Assembly (NCBI GenBank): GCA_030827595.1
Contig: JAURED010000003.1
Coordinates: 29,985-93,984 of the forward strand
Reading direction: 5' to 3'
Source of the DNA: Burkholderiales bacterium
GTDB lineage: Bacteria; Pseudomonadota; Gammaproteobacteria; Burkholderiales; Methylophilaceae
DNA length: 64,000 nt
A program made the translations under genes and the position numbers. The notes beneath the pieces were generated by a model. The model was not told the origin of the DNA. It did not search any database and worked only from the letters and a program-made list of their open reading frames with translations. The number at the start of each line of letters is the position of its first letter. The first letter of the stretch is position 1. Positions 1-11,050 of the stretch are shown here, one piece after another.

Positions 1-754
1 ACCAAAATTAAATTTCGGCCCTATTGGCAGTTATCCTGTCATAAAAAAATTTATTATTTCAGGAATATTTGATGCTGGAATTTATGAATTTGACAGTAGC
101 TTAGCTTTGATAAGTCAAGAAAATGCGAGAAAAATATTTTATAAAAATACAAACACTTTGTATTCAGGCATTCAAATTCAATTAAAAAATTCTGATGAAA
201 CTCTGCCCACAGAGTCTCAAGTGAAACAGATTCTTTATGATTTAAATATCAATGCTTTTGTAAATAATTGGACCAATAAAAATAAAAACTTTTTTTCAGC
301 TATACAAATGGAAAAAAGAGTGATGGCAATAATTCTTACTCTAATTATTGCTGTTGCAGCATTTAATCTCATTGCATCTCTTACTATGAGTGTATATGAC
401 CGAAAAAAAGATATTGCTATATTGCAAACTATCGGTTTTTCAAAACTTCATATTGTTCGAATTTTCGTAATGCAAGGATTTATTATTGGATTGATAGGGT
501 CTTTTGTTGGACTTCTATTAGGAGTATTAATTGCATCTAATATCAACACCATTGTTCCTTTCATTGAAAGAATTTTTAATATTCAATTTTTATCAAAAGA
601 TATTTATTACATTAATGAACTCCCCTCCATGATAATGATTTCAGATATAAATTTTGTAGTTTTTGTTTCAATCATACTAGCCTTGATGGCAACAATTTAT
701 CCAAGTTATGTTGCTTCAAAAATAAATCCGGCTGAGGTTTTAAAAAATGAATAA
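1..754 (+). CDS. lolC: Lipoprotein-releasing ABC permease LolC/LolE, 5' end outside window
   Basis: Frame is open from nt 2 (PKLNFGPIGSYPVIKKFIISGIFDAGIYEFD...). C-terminal EKRVMAIILTLIIAVAAFNLIASL...IYYINELP...YPSYVASKINPAEVLKNE is typical of LolC/E. Directly upstream of lolD. Confidence 0.9.
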   Translation, partial: PKLNFGPIGSYPVIKKFIISGIFDAGIYEFDSSLALISQENARKIFYKNTNTLYSGIQIQLKNSDETLPTESQVKQILYDLNINAFVNNWTNKNKNFFSAIQMEKRVMAIILTLIIAVAAFNLIASLTMSVYDRKKDIAILQTIGFSKLHIVRIFVMQGFIIGLIGSFVGLLLGVLIASNINTIVPFIERIFNIQFLSKDIYYINELPSMIMISDINFVVFVSIILALMATIYPSYVASKINPAEVLKNE

Positions 755-1412
755 TTTTTTGGAAATATATGGTTTAAAGAAAACTTTTCCGGCACTTGAT
801 AAGCCATTATTTTCAAATTTATCTATAAAATTATCAGAGAGTACTGTTTTTACTGGGGTATCTGGCTCCGGTAAAAGTACTTTTTTGCAGATTATCGCAG
901 GATTAGATGTTTGTGATAAAGGATCGATTAAGTTTTTTGGAAATGAATTATGTGGCATAAAACAATCGGATCTTATAAATCTTAGAAAGCATGAGTTTGG
1001 TTTTATTTATCAATTCCATCATTTGTTGAACGACTTTAACGTATTAGAGAATGTCATGCTTCCCCTTAAAGTTAATAATAGTAATGAAGCGTATGCTATG
1101 CAACAAGCCAAGAAATTATTGAATACAGTTGGGCTTTTAGATCGAATTATGCATTACCCTAATCAATTATCAGGCGGAGAAAAGCAAAGAGTGGCTATAT
1201 GTAGAGCCCTGATTCACAAGCCAAAAGTTATATTTGCTGATGAACCTACTGGTAACTTAGATAAAAAAAATTCAAAAATCGTTTTGGATTTATTACTAAA
1301 AGGGACTCAACAAAATAATATTAAGTTACTTTTAGTTACTCATGATCAGAGTATGTTAAGTAACTTTAAAAATAGATTTGAGTTTATCGATGGCAGATTA
1401 AAAAAGTGTTAA
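747..1412 (+). CDS. lolD: Lipoprotein-releasing ABC ATPase
   Basis: Walker A GVSGSGKST, GFIYQFHHLL, LSGGEKQR, FADEPTGNLD; overlaps the lolC/E stop. Confidence 0.9.
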   Translation: MNNFLEIYGLKKTFPALDKPLFSNLSIKLSESTVFTGVSGSGKSTFLQIIAGLDVCDKGSIKFFGNELCGIKQSDLINLRKHEFGFIYQFHHLLNDFNVLENVMLPLKVNNSNEAYAMQQAKKLLNTVGLLDRIMHYPNQLSGGEKQRVAICRALIHKPKVIFADEPTGNLDKKNSKIVLDLLLKGTQQNNIKLLLVTHDQSMLSNFKNRFEFIDGRLKKC

Positions 1413-1447
1413 TATTTAGCTAATTTAAGTATTTAAGGAGTCATATT

Positions 1448-2053
1448 GTGTGGGATATTATTCAAGGCGCGGGCTGGCCAATTTGGCCTCTGGTTTTTGC
1501 TTCAGTCATAGCGTTAGCAATTATCATCGAGAGATTATGGGCATTACGTTCGGAAACAATTGCCCCAAAAAATTTATTGAATGAGGTGAAAGTTTTAATC
1601 GATCAAAAAGGAGTTAATAACAAATCAATTGAATTACTGAGGCAGCACTCTTATATGGGAGAGATTTTTGCTACAGCGCTTGATCATGTTTCAAGTTCAC
1701 CAGGCTTAATAAAAGAGTCAATTGAAGAAACTGGAAGAGCTGTATTTCATAGATTAGAAAAATATCTATCGACATTAGGAACCATTGCTACTGTAGCCCC
1801 GCTCTTGGGACTTTTTGGAACAATTATTGGTATGGTTGAATTATTTGGTTCTTTTACCAGCAGCGGTGCAGATGTAACTGTGTTTGCTCGAGGGATATCT
1901 ATTGCTCTCTATAATACAGCGGGAGGTATTGTTGTTGCTGTTCCTGCAATGATTATGTATCGTTTTTTTAAAAATAAGGTTGAATCTTTAATAGTAGAAA
2001 TGGAGCAACAAGCGATTACGCTGGTTGAAATAATTCACCAAAAAGGAAAATAG
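1448..2053 (+). CDS. exbB: MotA/TolQ/ExbB proton channel protein
   Basis: LGTIATVAPLLGLFGTIIGM and GISIALYNTAGG motifs; GTG start with AAGGAG RBS. Confidence 0.85.
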   Translation: MWDIIQGAGWPIWPLVFASVIALAIIIERLWALRSETIAPKNLLNEVKVLIDQKGVNNKSIELLRQHSYMGEIFATALDHVSSSPGLIKESIEETGRAVFHRLEKYLSTLGTIATVAPLLGLFGTIIGMVELFGSFTSSGADVTVFARGISIALYNTAGGIVVAVPAMIMYRFFKNKVESLIVEMEQQAITLVEIIHQKGK

Positions 2054-2055
2054 AA

Positions 2056-2478
2056 ATGAATTTTAGACGAGGAAGTCAAACGGAGGAGCTTGAAATAAAT
2101 TTTATTCCTCTCATTGATGTGTTACTGGTAATCATTATTTTCTTGGTTGTTAGTACTACTTTTTCGAAATTTAGTGAGTTAAAAATCAATCTGCCTACTG
2201 CTGAAGCCTCACCCCAAGATAAAGATATAGATCGAATTGATATTGTTGTCACATCTGACAACCAATATATTATTAATAATAAAAAATTATCAGAAAATTC
2301 CATAAATGAAATTTCTAAAGAATTGAGAAATTTAAAATCTAAAATTAATACTCAAGATTTACCCTCTGTTGTGATTAATGCAGATGCGATGTCAAATCAT
2401 CAGTCTGTAATCAATGTTATGGAAGCAGCAAGATTGTCCGGATTAAATCGTGTAACTTTTGCCACACAGGTGAAATAA
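2056..2478 (+). CDS. exbD: ExbD/TolR family protein
   Basis: EINFIPLIDVLLVIIIF transmembrane motif with the essential Asp; follows exbB. Confidence 0.85.
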   Translation: MNFRRGSQTEELEINFIPLIDVLLVIIIFLVVSTTFSKFSELKINLPTAEASPQDKDIDRIDIVVTSDNQYIINNKKLSENSINEISKELRNLKSKINTQDLPSVVINADAMSNHQSVINVMEAARLSGLNRVTFATQVK

Positions 2479-2489
2479 GACTTAATTAA

Positions 2490-4238
2490 ATGTCTTCATT
2501 AAAGTCAAACCCCATCAAGCTTTCTGAATTTAAAGCTATCTATAAACAACTTCTTCGATATGCACTAAATTATAAATTTTCACTAATTTTAAGCATTTCA
2601 TTTATGGTTGTTTATTCTTTAACGAATACGGGTTTTTTAGCCTTACTTAAACAAATAACAGATAGTGGTTTTGATACTCATGATGGTTTGGTGAAGTTGA
2701 TTCTCCCTGTTTCATTGATGCTTCTAATGCTTATAAGGGCTTTTGCTTCATTTGTTTCAGGCTATCATATGCGTAAAACATCAAGAGGTGTTGTTGCGGA
2801 CCTTAGAATTGATACATTTAAAAAATATTTAAAACTCCCAGTTTCCTATTTTGATAATAATAATGCTGGAATGCTTGTATCAAAATTGACTTATGAAGCT
2901 GATCAACTTTCAACAGTAATTACTCGAATTGGTCTCACGATTATTAGAGAATCGTTTACGGTAATTGCTTTATTCATTTATATGATTTACTTAGATTGGT
3001 TTTTAACCTCAGTTTTTTTGTTAATGACCCCTGTAATAATTCGATATTTAAAAAAGGTATCACCACGATTACGCGCTTATGGATTTGAAGTTCAAGAATC
3101 AATGGGTGAAATGACTTCAAATTCTGAAGAAACGGTTTCAGGGCAAAGAGTGATAAAGATATTTGGAGCTGCAGGATATGAGCTGAAACGATTTGTTGAT
3201 ATTGTTAAAAAAAATATGAATATGCAAATTAGATTAGCCAGACTCTCTTTATTTAACAGTATGTTGATAGAAATCATAGCGTCAATAGCCTTGGGCTTGA
3301 TTGTTTACTATGCACTCGCAAATTTTTCGACAGGGGAGTTTGCTGCCTTTGTAGGTGCTCTATTGATGATGATAAAACCAATTAAAAGCCTGACGGAAGT
3401 GAACGAGTCACTACAAGTGAGTATTGCGGCAGCAAAAAGTATTATGAATGTTTTAAATGAAAAGAACGAGCATGATCGAGGTGAGAAGGTTCTTAACTCA
3501 TGTAAAGGAAATATTGAGATAAAGAATTTATCATTCAGATATAAAGGCACCAATCAATATATCTTAAAAAATATATCTCTTAAAATCAATAAAGGTGAAA
3601 AAATTGCCTTAGTGGGTAAATCAGGAGGTGGAAAAACTACATTAATGAATCTTCTTCCAAGATTTTATGAGTTTGATGAGGGAGAAATAACTTTAGATAA
3701 AAAAAATATTAAGAGTTTAAAGCTTGCTAATCTAAGGAGCCACTTTTCATTGGTCACTCAAGATACAATTTTATTTAATGACACGATTCGGAATAATATT
3801 TGTTATGGAATGCAGAAAAAGTCCATTACAAAAAAACAGCTAGAAAAAGTCATTGATCAATCTAACTCTCGAGAGTTTGTAGAGAGACTGCCTAATAAAC
3901 TTGATAATTTAGTTGGAGATCGAGGAGTAAAGTTATCAGGAGGGCAGAAGCAAAGAATTTCAATTGCTCGTGCGATTATTAAAAATGCCCCAATACTTTT
4001 ATTGGATGAAGCAACCTCAGCACTTGATCTTGAGTCTGAAAAACTTGTTCAAATTGCACTGGATAATTTAATGAAAAATAAAACATCAATCATCATTGCA
4101 CACAGATTATCAACAGTAATGAATGCAGATAAAATTTTTGTTTTAGATAAGGGGGAAATTGTTGAATCAGGAAGTCATGTAGAATTAATTTCAAAAAAAG
4201 GCTTCTATGCAAAATTATATAAAACAGAATTAGTGTAA
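2490..4238 (+). CDS. msbA: Lipid A flippase, ABC exporter
   Basis: Transmembrane domain plus NBD (GKSGGGKTT, LSGGQKQR, LLLDEATSALD); sits upstream of lpxK. Confidence 0.9.
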   Translation: MSSLKSNPIKLSEFKAIYKQLLRYALNYKFSLILSISFMVVYSLTNTGFLALLKQITDSGFDTHDGLVKLILPVSLMLLMLIRAFASFVSGYHMRKTSRGVVADLRIDTFKKYLKLPVSYFDNNNAGMLVSKLTYEADQLSTVITRIGLTIIRESFTVIALFIYMIYLDWFLTSVFLLMTPVIIRYLKKVSPRLRAYGFEVQESMGEMTSNSEETVSGQRVIKIFGAAGYELKRFVDIVKKNMNMQIRLARLSLFNSMLIEIIASIALGLIVYYALANFSTGEFAAFVGALLMMIKPIKSLTEVNESLQVSIAAAKSIMNVLNEKNEHDRGEKVLNSCKGNIEIKNLSFRYKGTNQYILKNISLKINKGEKIALVGKSGGGKTTLMNLLPRFYEFDEGEITLDKKNIKSLKLANLRSHFSLVTQDTILFNDTIRNNICYGMQKKSITKKQLEKVIDQSNSREFVERLPNKLDNLVGDRGVKLSGGQKQRISIARAIIKNAPILLLDEATSALDLESEKLVQIALDNLMKNKTSIIIAHRLSTVMNADKIFVLDKGEIVESGSHVELISKKGFYAKLYKTELV

Positions 4239-4246
4239 TTTTTCCC

Positions 4247-5212
4247 ATGTTATTTCATAACTTTTTTTTAAATCAGTGGTACAAGAAAGCCAATCTTATA
4301 TGGGTTTTCATGCCACTGAGTTTGTTAAATTATATTATTTTTTATACACGTTTATTTCTATACAAATTTAATATTCTTAACCAAAAAAAGTTGCCCGTAA
4401 AAACTTTAGTGATTGGTAATTTAATCATTGGTGGTTCGGGAAAAACACAGCTTGTTATGCACTTAGCAAAACTATTTGCAAAACAAAATATCAAAGTAGG
4501 GATAATTTCAAGAGGTTACAAGGGTGATCTAAAAGGCAATAAAGAAGTTCATCAAGATTCTGATGTCAATATCGTAGGCGATGAACCTTTAATGCTAAAA
4601 CAATCTTTAAACATTCCTGTATTTGTTGGAAGATCGAGATATAAATCAGGACTCATGATGCTAGATAAATACAATAATATTGACTTAATCATTTCTGATG
4701 ACGGCTTACAGCATCTAAATCTTCATTTTGACCATAAAATTTTAATTCATGATCAGCGTTTTGTAACTAATCATATGATACTTCCAGTGGGACCATTTAG
4801 AGAACCTTATTCAAGATTAAATAACACTGAGGCCATGATCATAAATAATACTGAAAAATCAGATACGGATTATATTAATTTTTTATTATCAACAAAAGTT
4901 GTAAACTTAAAAACAAAGATAAAGAAGGATATTAAGGAATTAAGTAATTTAAATCTATCAATTGGTATTGGAAATCCAGAGCGTTTAATTTCATCTTTAA
5001 AAAAGATATGTTCTTTTGATTATCAAATATATGAAGATCATCACAAGTTTTCTAAAAAAGACTTTGATCGAAATAGAAATTATCTTATAACTCAAAAAGA
5101 TGCAGTAAAATGTAAACAGTTTAACAATAAAAATATTTGGGTATTACAGTCACAAGTTGAATTGTGTTCAAAGTTTGAAAAAAAGTTATTACATAGGGTT
5201 CTAAATGGATAA
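4247..5212 (+). CDS. lpxK: Tetraacyldisaccharide 4'-kinase
   Basis: [27 protein letters not shown] and LPVGPFRE motifs. Confidence 0.93.
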   Translation: MLFHNFFLNQWYKKANLIWVFMPLSLLNYIIFYTRLFLYKFNILNQKKLPVKTLVIGNLIIGGSGKTQLVMHLAKLFAKQNIKVGIISRGYKGDLKGNKEVHQDSDVNIVGDEPLMLKQSLNIPVFVGRSRYKSGLMMLDKYNNIDLIISDDGLQHLNLHFDHKILIHDQRFVTNHMILPVGPFREPYSRLNNTEAMIINNTEKSDTDYINFLLSTKVVNLKTKIKKDIKELSNLNLSIGIGNPERLISSLKKICSFDYQIYEDHHKFSKKDFDRNRNYLITQKDAVKCKQFNNKNIWVLQSQVELCSKFEKKLLHRVLNG

Positions 5213-5369
5213 AAACTTACTCGATATTCTTGTTTGCCCGATCACTAAAGAGAAATTAATTTTTGATAAAAAAAATAAGGAGTTAATTTCAAATGGTGCA
5301 AAACTGGCATATCCAATTATTGATGGTATCCCAGTTATGATTCCAGATCAGGCTCGAAAAATTAAATGA
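5205..5369 (+). CDS. ycaR: Trm112-like/YcaR (UPF0434) small protein, 54 aa, absent from the ORF track
   Basis: Translated by hand: [54 protein letters not shown]. Lies between lpxK and kdsB and overlaps both. Confidence 0.9.
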   Translation: MDKNLLDILVCPITKEKLIFDKKNKELISNGAKLAYPIIDGIPVMIPDQARKIK

Positions 5370-6094
5370 ATTTTATTGTCGTTATCCCTGCGCGTTTAAA
5401 TAGCACGCGTCTTAAAAAAAAGCTTTTACTGGAAATTAATAACAAACCTCTTTTTATCCATACTGCCCAGCAAGCATCGAAATCATTGGCAACGGATATT
5501 TTTATCGCTACAGATAGCATTGAAATAAAAAAGATTGCTGAATCCTATGGTTTTAAATCAGTGATGACATCTGAGAACCATGTATCTGGGACAGATAGGA
5601 TAAATGAATTTCTAAATGTAAATGAAATTAATGATTCCCAGATTTTAGTAAATGTACAAGGAGATGAACCGCTGGTTGATGAAAATCTAATCAATAATCT
5701 TGCTCAAACTATATTGTTGGGAAATTCTTTTGCCTCTGCGTATAAGCCATTCAATTCATTTGATGAGTATAGCAATCCTAATAATGTGAAAGTTTTATTA
5801 AATCATAAGAATATGGCAATTACATTTTCTCGAAGCTTATTAGGAAACTTAAATAAAGAAAATTTTTGTGATGACTTAGCTTATCATCATCTTGGAATAT
5901 ATGCTTATTCTGCCAAACAAGTCAGAGAGTTTTGCATGTTAGATCAACCAAAAATTGAACAAACTGAAAAGCTTGAGCAATTAAGAGCGATCTATAACAA
6001 TATTCAAATAGCGATGGTAAAGCATACGGGTAAAGAAATGATTGGGGTTGATACCGCTGATGATTTTCATCAGATAAAAAAATTTTTAAAATAA
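5366..6094 (+). CDS. kdsB: CMP-Kdo synthetase
   Basis: [39 protein letters not shown]. Confidence 0.95.
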   Translation: MNFIVVIPARLNSTRLKKKLLLEINNKPLFIHTAQQASKSLATDIFIATDSIEIKKIAESYGFKSVMTSENHVSGTDRINEFLNVNEINDSQILVNVQGDEPLVDENLINNLAQTILLGNSFASAYKPFNSFDEYSNPNNVKVLLNHKNMAITFSRSLLGNLNKENFCDDLAYHHLGIYAYSAKQVREFCMLDQPKIEQTEKLEQLRAIYNNIQIAMVKHTGKEMIGVDTADDFHQIKKFLK

Positions 6095-6095
6095 A

Positions 6096-6437
<342 letters not shown>

Positions 6438-8021
6438 TTACCCTAAATAGTTGTTTGTTATTGGAAATCTTCTTTCTCTACCAAAAGCTTTTCTGGAAAT
6501 TTTTGGCCCTGGTGGACTCTGACGCCTTTTAAATTCGCTGCCAAGTATTAATTTTACAATTTTTTTAACTAATTGTGGTTTAAATCCATGTTTTATAATT
6601 TCTTGACTATTAAGACCATCGTCAATAAAAAGCTCAATTATTCGATCTAAAATAGCATAGTCCGGCAAAGTATCCTGATCTTTTTGATTTTCTCTTAATT
6701 CTGCTGACGGCGGCCGAGTAATTATTCTTTGAGGAATAATTTTATTTTTTTGGTTTATGTAATTTACTATATTGTATATTTTTGTTTTCGAGATGTCTTT
6801 AAGAGGTGCGTATGCACCAACCATATCCCCATAAAGGGTTGAATATCCTACTGCGGATTCACTTTTATTTGAGGTTGATAGAACAACAGCTTTATGTTTA
6901 TTAGCAAGAGCCATAAGAACTAACCCACGACTTCTAGCCTGAATATTCTCCTCAGTGACATCAGGTTGTTTATTTTTAAAGTCCAAAGTTAGTGACTCAT
7001 TAATACTATTAATTATTGGCATGACGTCTTTATTTTTATATTGAACTCCTAAATTTTTAGCTAATTTTTTTGCATCTTCACAGCTAATATGTGATGTAAA
7101 TTTTGATCGCATCATAATACAATTTACCTTATGTGCTGGTATTGCTTTTGATGCAATGAAAGCAACTAGAGCAGAGTCAATTCCACCTGATAGCCCAATA
7201 TAAACTGAGTCTATTTTATTTTTTCTTAAATAATCTCTTGTTCCTAGAATACATGCATTAAGAATTAATTCTTCTTCTAAATTATTTCTATGAGCAAGAG
7301 TTGGATTTATTTTATTTAAATCCAAAGTTTTAACTTGAGTTCTAAATGGATTTAATCGTAATATTAATTTATTCTCTTCATTAAGAATGAATGATTCCCC
7401 ATCAAATACCAAATCATCTTGACCCCCAATCATATTTAAATAAACTAAAGGCGCTTTAATTTTTTTAGTTAACTCAATTGCTCTATTTTGTCTTTTGGAA
7501 AATTTATTAATTTCAAAAGGAGAAGCATTTATTGCAACACATAAATCTATTTTTTTATTTATGTAAAACTTTTCAATTTTTTTGTCCCAAAAATCTTCAC
7601 AAATCAATACTAAGATTTTTTTGTTATTAAATGAAATAATTTCTATTTTTTTTCCTGCGGTAAAATATCTTTTTTCGTCAAAGACTCCGTAATTTGGAAG
7701 ATTTATTTTATTTTGGAGAATTAGTTTATTTTTTGAAATTAAAAAGGCAGAATTTGACCTTTCTTTTTTATTCACAGCGACACCACCAATTATTAACATT
7801 TGATTTTTTTTTAGCACAGATTTAAATTTCTCAAGGAGTACTTGTTGTTTTTCTATAAAAAAATTATCAGATATTAGATCATCAGCAGGATATCCAAGTA
7901 ATGCCATTTCAGGCGCTATAAACAAATCAGCATCTTGCTTTAAAATCTGGGTTTTGAGCCAATCAAAATTTTGAGTTAAATTTCCAAGTATGGGGTTAGA
8001 TTGGAGTAAGCATACTTTCAT
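6438..8021 (-). CDS. nadE: Glutamine-dependent NAD+ synthetase
   Basis: Nitrilase-fold domain (PE, K..LPNYGVFDEKRYF, ICED) plus synthetase domain (GLSGGIDS, ENIQAR, NKSE, GYSTLYGD, PPSAEL). Confidence 0.95.
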   Translation of the reverse strand: MKVCLLQSNPILGNLTQNFDWLKTQILKQDADLFIAPEMALLGYPADDLISDNFFIEKQQVLLEKFKSVLKKNQMLIIGGVAVNKKERSNSAFLISKNKLILQNKINLPNYGVFDEKRYFTAGKKIEIISFNNKKILVLICEDFWDKKIEKFYINKKIDLCVAINASPFEINKFSKRQNRAIELTKKIKAPLVYLNMIGGQDDLVFDGESFILNEENKLILRLNPFRTQVKTLDLNKINPTLAHRNNLEEELILNACILGTRDYLRKNKIDSVYIGLSGGIDSALVAFIASKAIPAHKVNCIMMRSKFTSHISCEDAKKLAKNLGVQYKNKDVMPIINSINESLTLDFKNKQPDVTEENIQARSRGLVLMALANKHKAVVLSTSNKSESAVGYSTLYGDMVGAYAPLKDISKTKIYNIVNYINQKNKIIPQRIITRPPSAELRENQKDQDTLPDYAILDRIIELFIDDGLNSQEIIKHGFKPQLVKKIVKLILGSEFKRRQSPPGPKISRKAFGRERRFPITNNYLG

Positions 8022-8956
8022 TAGTATGTTCCTCCATTATCTTTTATCAGATCTACAATTTTTTTATTTTTTTCTTTTAGGGCATAAACATAGGCTGTTA
8101 AACCATACTGATCTGTTGCTTTTAGATTCACATTGTATTCAATAAGAAGTTTGACAATTTCATAATCATTATTAAAAACTGCAAAATGAAGTAAAGGCGT
8201 TTTTTGATCATCTTTATGATTTACATCAGATCCTCTTTCTAATAATGCAGAAGCAATTTTTGAGCTTTTCTTTTCAACAGCCCACATTAAAGGTGTCCAA
8301 TTTGATTTATCAACGTCATTGATGTTGGCTCCCCGATTTAAAAGGAGCTTTGCCACATCAAAATTATCATTTGCAGCGGCAATCATAAGTGCTGTCTTTC
8401 CATTTGGATCTTTTAAAGATAAATTTGCTTTGTTGTCTAACAAGCTTTTGACAACAGCTAGATTTCCTTTTTTTGCAGCTATCATTAATATTGTTTGACC
8501 ACTATTATTCCTGTTATTGGGATCAATACCATATTGAATTAAAAGATCGATAGTTTCGCTATGGCCAGAAGAGGCAGCTAAACCAAATGCAGACCATCCG
8601 TCTGGATCAGTTATTTTTGGATCAGCTTTATTTGCCAATAAAATTTTAATAGATTCAATATAATTTTTTTTTGCAGCATACATCAGTGCTGTCCATCCCG
8701 AGTTATCTGCATGATTTATTTCTATTTTATTTTTAATGAGGATTTTTATGATTTCAGAGTTATTTTTTCTTGCAGCGTACATCAGCGCATTTAAATTATT
8801 AGAATCTTTAACATTAATATCTGCTCCGCTGTCTAGTATTGCTTGTACTGTTTCAATATCTCCTTTTGCAGATGCTGTTAATAAATAATTAATGTCTGCA
8901 GAATAAGAGTGTGTAAAAATAAAAAAAAATACAGTAAGCAGTATTCGTTTAAACAT
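8021..8956 (-). CDS. Exported ankyrin-repeat protein, about 9 repeats
   Basis: 33-aa periodic G-x-T-A-L-M-x-A-A...LL..GAD.N units; N-terminus resembles a signal peptide ([20 protein letters not shown]). Confidence 0.9.
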   Translation of the reverse strand: MFKRILLTVFFFIFTHSYSADINYLLTASAKGDIETVQAILDSGADINVKDSNNLNALMYAARKNNSEIIKILIKNKIEINHADNSGWTALMYAAKKNYIESIKILLANKADPKITDPDGWSAFGLAASSGHSETIDLLIQYGIDPNNRNNSGQTILMIAAKKGNLAVVKSLLDNKANLSLKDPNGKTALMIAAANDNFDVAKLLLNRGANINDVDKSNWTPLMWAVEKKSSKIASALLERGSDVNHKDDQKTPLLHFAVFNNDYEIVKLLIEYNVNLKATDQYGLTAYVYALKEKNKKIVDLIKDNGGTY

Positions 8957-9824
8957 TATTTAGTGCCATGGCAATAGACTGCCCCATTTCTGATGGAGTC
9001 TGGGCAACAATGGCTCCTGCCTTTTCTAATGCTTTGATTTTATCAATCGCTTTTCCGCTGCTTTTCGAGATAATCGCACCAGCATGACCCATTCTTTTTC
9101 CTTCAGGTGCGGTCACACCAGCAATATAAGCAGCTACAGGCTTTGTTATTTTGTCACTTATATATTCAGCTGCTTCTTCTTCATCATTTCCACCAATTTC
9201 ACCAACAAGAATAATTCCTTGAGTTTCTGGATCATTTTCAAAAAATTCTAAACATTCAATAAAATTGATTCCCTTAATAGGGTCACCCCCGATACCAATA
9301 CATGTTGTTTGACCCAATCCATTTTTTGTAGTTTGATTCACGGCTTCATAGGTGAGCGTTCCTGAACGTGAAACTATTCCTATCTTTCCTGGGAGATGAA
9401 TATTGCCAGGCATAATACCAATTTTGCATTCTCCTGGTGTAATAATTCCAGGACAGTTTGGCCCAATAAGAATTGATCTATTTGCACTAACGACAGTTTT
9501 AACTTTGAGCATATCAAAGGTGGGTATTCCTTCAGTGATACATACAATGATTTCAATACCTGCCTCACTGGCTTCTATAATTGAATCTGCAGCAAATGCA
9601 GGTGGAACATAAATCATTGTTGCATTGGCTTTTGTTTGATTAACAGCCTCTTTAACAGTATTAAATACTGGTAAGTTAAGATGTTTTGAGCCACCTTTAC
9701 CAGGAGTAACCCCTCCAACAAGATTTGTTCCGTAAGACATGCATTGCTCAGAATGAAAGGTTCCTTGTTTTCCAGTGAACCCCTGGCATATTAATTTTGT
9801 TCTTTTATTAACAAGTACTGACAT
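8949..9824 (-). CDS. sucD: Succinyl-CoA synthetase alpha subunit
   Basis: [33 protein letters not shown] phospho-His motif. Confidence 0.97.
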   Translation of the reverse strand: MSVLVNKRTKLICQGFTGKQGTFHSEQCMSYGTNLVGGVTPGKGGSKHLNLPVFNTVKEAVNQTKANATMIYVPPAFAADSIIEASEAGIEIIVCITEGIPTFDMLKVKTVVSANRSILIGPNCPGIITPGECKIGIMPGNIHLPGKIGIVSRSGTLTYEAVNQTTKNGLGQTTCIGIGGDPIKGINFIECLEFFENDPETQGIILVGEIGGNDEEEAAEYISDKITKPVAAYIAGVTAPEGKRMGHAGAIISKSSGKAIDKIKALEKAGAIVAQTPSEMGQSIAMALNNV

Positions 9825-9828
9825 GAGC

Positions 9829-10989
9829 TTATCCCTTTGATAACTTTACTGCTATTTGAGCAGCTTCAATTAAATTATCAGCGGAAATGATATTTAGATT
9901 ACTTTTATTAAGCAATTCTTTTCCAGCTTCAACATTTGTACCTTCAAGTCGAACAACCACTGGAACTGAAATCCCCATATCTTTTGCTGAATTAATAATT
10001 CCTTCTGCAATAACATCACATCTCATAATGCCACCAAAAATATTAACTAAAACAACTTTAACATTTTTATCCGAGAGAAGAATTTGAAAAGCTTTTGAAA
10101 CAGTTTCTGATGATGCACCACCACCAACATCTAAGAAATTAGCTGGTGAACCTCCGCAATGATGAATGAGATCCATTGTAGCCATTGCAAGACCCGCACC
10201 ATTAACCATGCAGCCAATGTGACCGTTTAAGGCGATGTAATTTAAACCAGCATGATGGGCTTCAGCTTCTTTTATATCATCTTGTGACCAATCTCTAAGT
10301 TCAGATAATTTTTTTTGTTTAAATAGGGCGTTATCATCAAGACTAATCTTGCAATCTAAAGCAACAAATTCGTTATGTTTATTTATGACTAATGGATTAA
10401 TCTCAAGTAATGATAAGTTATTTTCTGTAAATAGCCGGTAAGCGGACTTAGCGAATTGATTAAATTTAAAAGCAAGTTCTGAATTAAGATTTAGAGCATT
10501 AGCTAGTTCTCGTGTCTGGTAATCCATTAATCCTGTAATTTGATTACAAAATTCTTTTAAAATTAATTGTGGATTTTTTTGGCTTATTTCTTCAATTTCC
10601 ATTCCACCTGCACTTGAAACTATCAAGCAAATTTTTTCTTTTTCTCGATCTATTAAAATTGAAAAATATAATTCACTTGTAATATTTTCCGTCTCTTCAA
10701 ATAAAATTTTATGGACGGGTTGCCCGAGAGGTTTATTTTGATAGGTAATAAGATTTTTCCCGAGGAGTTTTGTAGCAAACTCAACCGCTTCATCCTTAGT
10801 TTTAACCACTTTTACGCCACCAGATTTTCCCCTGCCGCCGGCATGGATTTGGGCTTTGATTACCACAGGATTTTTTATATTTTTTGCTAAACCATTCACT
10901 TCATTTAAAGTTTCAGCAACTTCCCCAAATGGCGTTCTTATTCCATATTGTCTTAATAATTCTTTTGCCTGATATTCGTGAAGGTTCAT
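9829..10989 (-). CDS. sucC: Succinyl-CoA synthetase beta subunit
   Basis: [42 protein letters not shown]. Confidence 0.97.
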   Translation of the reverse strand: MNLHEYQAKELLRQYGIRTPFGEVAETLNEVNGLAKNIKNPVVIKAQIHAGGRGKSGGVKVVKTKDEAVEFATKLLGKNLITYQNKPLGQPVHKILFEETENITSELYFSILIDREKEKICLIVSSAGGMEIEEISQKNPQLILKEFCNQITGLMDYQTRELANALNLNSELAFKFNQFAKSAYRLFTENNLSLLEINPLVINKHNEFVALDCKISLDDNALFKQKKLSELRDWSQDDIKEAEAHHAGLNYIALNGHIGCMVNGAGLAMATMDLIHHCGGSPANFLDVGGGASSETVSKAFQILLSDKNVKVVLVNIFGGIMRCDVIAEGIINSAKDMGISVPVVVRLEGTNVEAGKELLNKSNLNIISADNLIEAAQIAVKLSKG

Positions 10990-11037
10990 GTATTTTTTAT
11001 ATTAAAAAACATAATCATATCAGATTGATTAGGGTTG

Positions 11038-11043
11038 TATAAT
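11038..11043 (+). promoter_or_regulatory. Sigma70 -10 box (TATAAT) 7 nt before the serB ATG
   Basis: ggttgTATAATtgcatgtATG, with no Shine-Dalgarno. Confidence 0.55.
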
Positions 11044-11050
11044 TGCATGT

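Noticed and set aside
107-754. lolC/E as a truncated pseudogene
   Set aside because: The frame is open back to the window edge; the gene simply starts outside the window.
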